Assembly: GCA_035527715.1 (NCBI GenBank) | Contig: DATKZY010000028.1 | Coordinates: 17,416 to 81,415, forward strand | Direction: 5' to 3' | Length of the DNA: 64,000 bases | From: Planctomycetota bacterium | GTDB lineage: Bacteria > Planctomycetota > PUPC01 > DSUN01 | Part shown: one piece after another, positions 61,420 through 64,000 of the stretch | Layout of the letters: the number at the start of each line of letters is the position of its first letter | How positions within the stretch are numbered: the stretch's first letter is position 1 | The notes under the pieces: generated by a model | Told to the model about the DNA's origin: nothing | Databases searched by the model: none | What the model saw: only the letters and a program-made list of their open reading frames with translations | Program-made: the position numbers and the translations under genes

Positions 61420-64000
61420 GTGGCCAAGAAGGTTGTCATCGTCGAATCCCCCGCCAAGGCGCGCACGATCGGGAAGTACCTGGGCAAGGGGTTCAGCGTC
61501 CAGTCGTGCATGGGACACGTCCGCGACTTGCCCGAGAAAACGATGGGGGTGGACATCGAGGAGGGCTTCCGGCCGCGCTACGGCGTGCTGCCGGCTCGGC
61601 GGCAAGTGATGTCGAACCTGGCGCGCGCCGTGAAGGACGCCGAGGTCGTGTACCTGGCGCCCGACCCCGACCGCGAGGGGGAGGCCATCGCGTGGCACCT
61701 GGCCGAGGCCCTCAAGCTGCCCAAGAGCCGCGTGCGCCGCGTGACCTTCAACGAGATCACCGAGCGCGGCGTGCGCACGGGCTTCCAGCACCCGCGCGAC
61801 ATTGATATGAACCTGGTGAACGCGCAGCAGGCGCGCCGCATCCTCGACCGCATCGTGGGCTACCAGCTCTCGCCGCTGCTGTGGAAGAAGGTTCTGCGGG
61901 GCCTCAGCGCCGGCCGTGTCCAGTCCGTCGCCCTCCGCCTCCTCGTCGAGCGCGAGAAGGCGGTCCAGGCGTTCCAGCCCGAGGAGTACTGGAAGATCAC
62001 GGCGCGGCTCGCCCCGTCGGGCGACGCGCAGGGCGCCCAGGCATTTGCCGCCGAGCTGGCCGAGCTCGAGGGCGAGAAGGCCAAGATCCCCAACGGCGAG
62101 CAGGCCCAGGCCATCGTCGAGCGCCTTCGCGGGCGGGAGTTCACGGTCGCCTCGGTGGCCACGGAGCGGAAGAAGGGGGCTCCGCTGCCGCCCTTCGCCA
62201 CCAGCCAGCTCCAGCAGGCGGCCTCGGTGCGCCTGGGCTTCCGGCCCAAGAGGACGATGATGCTGGCCCAGCAGCTCTACGAGGGCGTCGAGGTCGGCGC
62301 CGAGGGCTCGGCCGGCCTGATCACCTACATGCGCACCGACTCCTTCCGCATCGCGGGCGAGGCGCTCGAGGAGTGCCGGGGCTTCGTGCGCCAGCGGCTC
62401 GGCGAGAAGTACCTCTCGGACAAGCCGCGCCAGTTCCGCTCGCGGCGCGGCGCCCAGGAGGCCCACGAGGCCATCCGCCCGACTGGGGTCGAGCGGACGC
62501 CTGAGTCGCTCGAGCCCCACCTGAGCGCCGACCAGCTCAAGCTCTACCGGCTCATCTGGGAGCGCTTTGTCGCGTGCCAGATGGCCGATGCGCTGTACGA
62601 CGTCACCCGGGTGGCCGTGGGCGCCGGCGACGCGGAGTTCCGCACGAGCGGCCGCGTGGTGGTCTTCGACGGCCACACCCGCGTCTACGCCCCGCTGCGG
62701 GGCCGCGAGGAGGAGGACCAACAGCCGCTGCCGCCCCTGGCCGCCGGCCAAGGCCTCCGCTGCCTCGAGCTGGTGCCGACCCAGCACTTCACCAAGCCGC
62801 CGCCGCGCTACACCGAGGCATCGCTGGTGAAGACCCTCGAGCGCGAGGGCATCGGCCGGCCCAGCACCTACGCGCAGATCATCTCGACCGTCCAGGACCG
62901 CGGCTACGCGACCGTGCGCGACAAGGTGTTCTACGCCCAGGAGCTCGGCATCGTCACCAACGACACGCTCCTGCCCTTCTTCGAGAACATCATCAACACG
63001 AAGTTCACCTCGCAGCTCGAGGACCACCTCGACAGCATCGAGGAGGCGAAGCGCGACTGGCAGGACGTGCTCCGCGAGTTCTACGAGCCGTTCAGCGCCG
63101 ACCTCGCCAAAGCCCAGGCCGAGATGACCAGCGTGAAGAAGGGGCTGGCCGAGCCCACGGGCGCCCAGTGCCCGCGCTGCGGCTCCGAGATGGTGGTCCG
63201 CCTGAGCAAGCGCGGGCGCTTCATGGCCTGCTCGGGCTTTCCCAAGTGCCGCTACACCCAGGCCCTCGACGGCGACGGCGAGCCGACGGCTGTCGAGAAG
63301 CTCGACGAGGCCTGCCCCGACTGTGGCGAGCCGTTGGTCGTGCGCACCGGGCGCCGCGGCAAGTTCGCCGGCTGCACCGCCTATCCCAAGTGCCGCTACA
63401 CGCGGAACATCGAAGCCGCGCCCGCGGCGCCGGCCGAAGGCGAGCAGGCCCCGCCCGAGGCCCCCGCCGCGGAGCGCAAGGCCCCGCAGCCCACGGGCGA
63501 GAATTGCCCCCAGTGCGGCAAGCCGCTGATGGCCCGCGAGGGCAAGCGCGGCACGTTCATCGGCTGCACCGGCTACCCCAAGTGCCGCTACACGCGCGAC
63601 GCCGCGGCCGGCGAGGCCGCGCCGGCCGAGGAAGGCGGCGAACCCGGGCCCACCGCGGGCGCTGAGCGCAAGCCGGCCGAGCCCACGGGCGAGAAGTGCC
63701 CCAAGTGCGGCAAGCCGCTCGTGGCCCGCGAGGGCAAGCGCGGCAAGTTCGTGGGCTGCACCGGCTATCCCAAGTGCCGCTTCACCCAGAACATCGAGGG
63801 CGAGGGGGCGCCGCAGCCCGAGGCCACCGACGTCAAGTGCGACAAGTGCGGCGCGCCGATGATCGTGCGCCGCGGCAACCGTGGGCGGTTCCTCGCCTGT
63901 TCGGCCTACCCGAAGTGCAAGAACGCCAAGCCCTTGCGTGTCGCGGGTCCGCCTCCCCCTGCCGAGGAGGTGGGGCGGAAGTGCCCCGAGTGCGGCAAGA
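61420..64000 (+). CDS. topA: DNA topoisomerase I (3' end beyond the window), with at least 6 C-terminal C4 zinc ribbons
   Basis: GTG start gives VAKKVVIVESPAKARTIGKYLGKGFSVQSCMGHVRDLPE (Toprim). Also present are DPDREGEAIAWH, RIVGYQLSPLLWKK and EASLVKTLEREGIGRPSTYAQII. Repeated CPxCG...GCxxYPKCRYT fingers follow. The gene is not in the ORF track because it has no stop codon in the window. Confidence 0.9.
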   Translation, partial: MAKKVVIVESPAKARTIGKYLGKGFSVQSCMGHVRDLPEKTMGVDIEEGFRPRYGVLPARRQVMSNLARAVKDAEVVYLAPDPDREGEAIAWHLAEALKLPKSRVRRVTFNEITERGVRTGFQHPRDIDMNLVNAQQARRILDRIVGYQLSPLLWKKVLRGLSAGRVQSVALRLLVEREKAVQAFQPEEYWKITARLAPSGDAQGAQAFAAELAELEGEKAKIPNGEQAQAIVERLRGREFTVASVATERKKGAPLPPFATSQLQQAASVRLGFRPKRTMMLAQQLYEGVEVGAEGSAGLITYMRTDSFRIAGEALEECRGFVRQRLGEKYLSDKPRQFRSRRGAQEAHEAIRPTGVERTPESLEPHLSADQLKLYRLIWERFVACQMADALYDVTRVAVGAGDAEFRTSGRVVVFDGHTRVYAPLRGREEEDQQPLPPLAAGQGLRCLELVPTQHFTKPPPRYTEASLVKTLEREGIGRPSTYAQIISTVQDRGYATVRDKVFYAQELGIVTNDTLLPFFENIINTKFTSQLEDHLDSIEEAKRDWQDVLREFYEPFSADLAKAQAEMTSVKKGLAEPTGAQCPRCGSEMVVRLSKRGRFMACSGFPKCRYTQALDGDGEPTAVEKLDEACPDCGEPLVVRTGRRGKFAGCTAYPKCRYTRNIEAAPAAPAEGEQAPPEAPAAERKAPQPTGENCPQCGKPLMAREGKRGTFIGCTGYPKCRYTRDAAAGEAAPAEEGGEPGPTAGAERKPAEPTGEKCPKCGKPLVAREGKRGKFVGCTGYPKCRFTQNIEGEGAPQPEATDVKCDKCGAPMIVRRGNRGRFLACSAYPKCKNAKPLRVAGPPPPAEEVGRKCPECGK

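Noticed and set aside
1-64000. Mobile-element hallmarks (transposase, integrase, IS inverted repeats, prophage genes) and tRNA, rRNA or tmRNA genes.
   Set aside because: I found no ORF with DDE, tyrosine or serine recombinase motifs and no cloverleaf-like or rRNA-like sequence in any intergenic region. The accessory islets are therefore called from composition and repeats only.

Overview
This is a high-GC bacterial chromosomal window, roughly 70% GC in core genes by hand counts on short samples. The many Sec/TAT-signal proteins and PQQ-like beta-propellers resemble Planctomycetota/PVC-type genomes, but taxonomy cannot be proven from the sequence. I support about 40 real genes. Most of the very long ORFs in the track are Arg/Ala/Gly/Pro-rich antisense shadows of real genes. 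Two real genes at the window edges are missing from the track: a PQQ-propeller gene at 1-936(-) and topA at 61420->64000(+). Gene content falls into five groups. (1) A squalene-hopene cyclase and an alpha-glucan phosphorylase. (2) A secreted glycan-type locus at 5.7-26.6 kb with FAD oxidoreductases, a TAT-exported xylose-isomerase-like TIM barrel, a beta-helix protein, a DUF4832 protein and unusual methyltransferase-PQQ-propeller fusions. Two further fusion paralogs lie in tandem at 44.8-51.3 kb. (3) Two lower-GC accessory islets. One at 26.6-28.4 kb carries a toxin plus a zinc-finger antitoxin and a 2TM+TPR pair. The other at 34.2-37.0 kb carries a solo nuclease-like-NACHT STAND NTPase, which is my best candidate for a new immune-type gene. 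(4) Two tandem MrfA/SftH-like DUF1998 helicases separated by an AAC(3)-like acetyltransferase, followed by a RelE/Phd cassette and a relic of a helicase 5' end. (5) Housekeeping and miscellaneous genes: SAM-MTase, sulfatase-like membrane protein, YprB/MrfB-like exonuclease, aldo/keto reductase, nitroreductase, DUF2809, ArsA/Get3-like ATPase and topA. The most distinctive non-genic signal is a system of short tandem arrays with 7-bp and 9-bp periods. They fill intergenic regions, build a 151-178 bp macro-repeat, bracket the NACHT islet, and have entered coding sequence in frame. I saw no rRNA, tRNA, CRISPR, transposase or integrase.
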